64,000 nucleotides of DNA from Octopus sinensis (taxonomy: Eukaryota). The notes under the pieces were generated by a model, which saw only the letters and a list, made by a program, of their open reading frames with translations, was not told the origin of the DNA and searched no databases. Where the stretch lies: the NCBI RefSeq assembly GCF_006345805.1, contig NC_043011.1:47628464-47692463 (forward strand). The letters are read 5' to 3'. Within the stretch, counting starts at the first letter, position 1. Each line of letters opens with the position of its first letter. Made by a program: the position numbers and the translations under genes. Positions 63,854 through 64,000 of the stretch are shown in pieces.

Positions 63854-64000
63854 TAATGATTACAAGACTCAAAGCTAAAACAGAAAGAACTGTGGTACGG
63901 GATCACAGATTTAAAAAAAAAAAATTTTTAATACCAGAAACTATAATAAGCATGAACTGAAGCAGAATAAATTAAGTATTTGTAGAGTAATGAGAGTTTG

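Overview
AT-rich eukaryotic DNA, almost certainly intronic/intergenic sequence from an octopod cephalopod; this rests on recalled octopus tRNA-derived SINE families and very dense (TA)n/(CA)n/(TG)n arrays, not on a database search. Most of the non-microsatellite sequence is transposon-derived. It includes four recurrent SINE-like families, mariner remnants and MITEs, piggyBac-like TTAA MITEs, a pogo-type MITE, a Helentron-like element and decayed LINE fragments (RTE, CR1/L2, L1/Tx1). No complete gene, tRNA, rRNA, CRISPR array or prokaryotic system is present. The long His/Thr/Tyr/Ile ORFs are microsatellite artefacts and many others are SINE read-throughs. The most notable signal is a set of short, microsatellite-embedded elements (Penelope pLTR-like) from about six sequence families that carry minimal type I hammerhead-ribozyme motifs with palindromic or near loop-less stem III. 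One copy (50244-50291) has all core nucleotides intact; most others are individually mutated. Two phase-compatible chains of small candidate exons (minus strand 15.3-20.5 kb; plus strand 28.9-35.3 kb) may belong to unidentified host genes, but support is modest.
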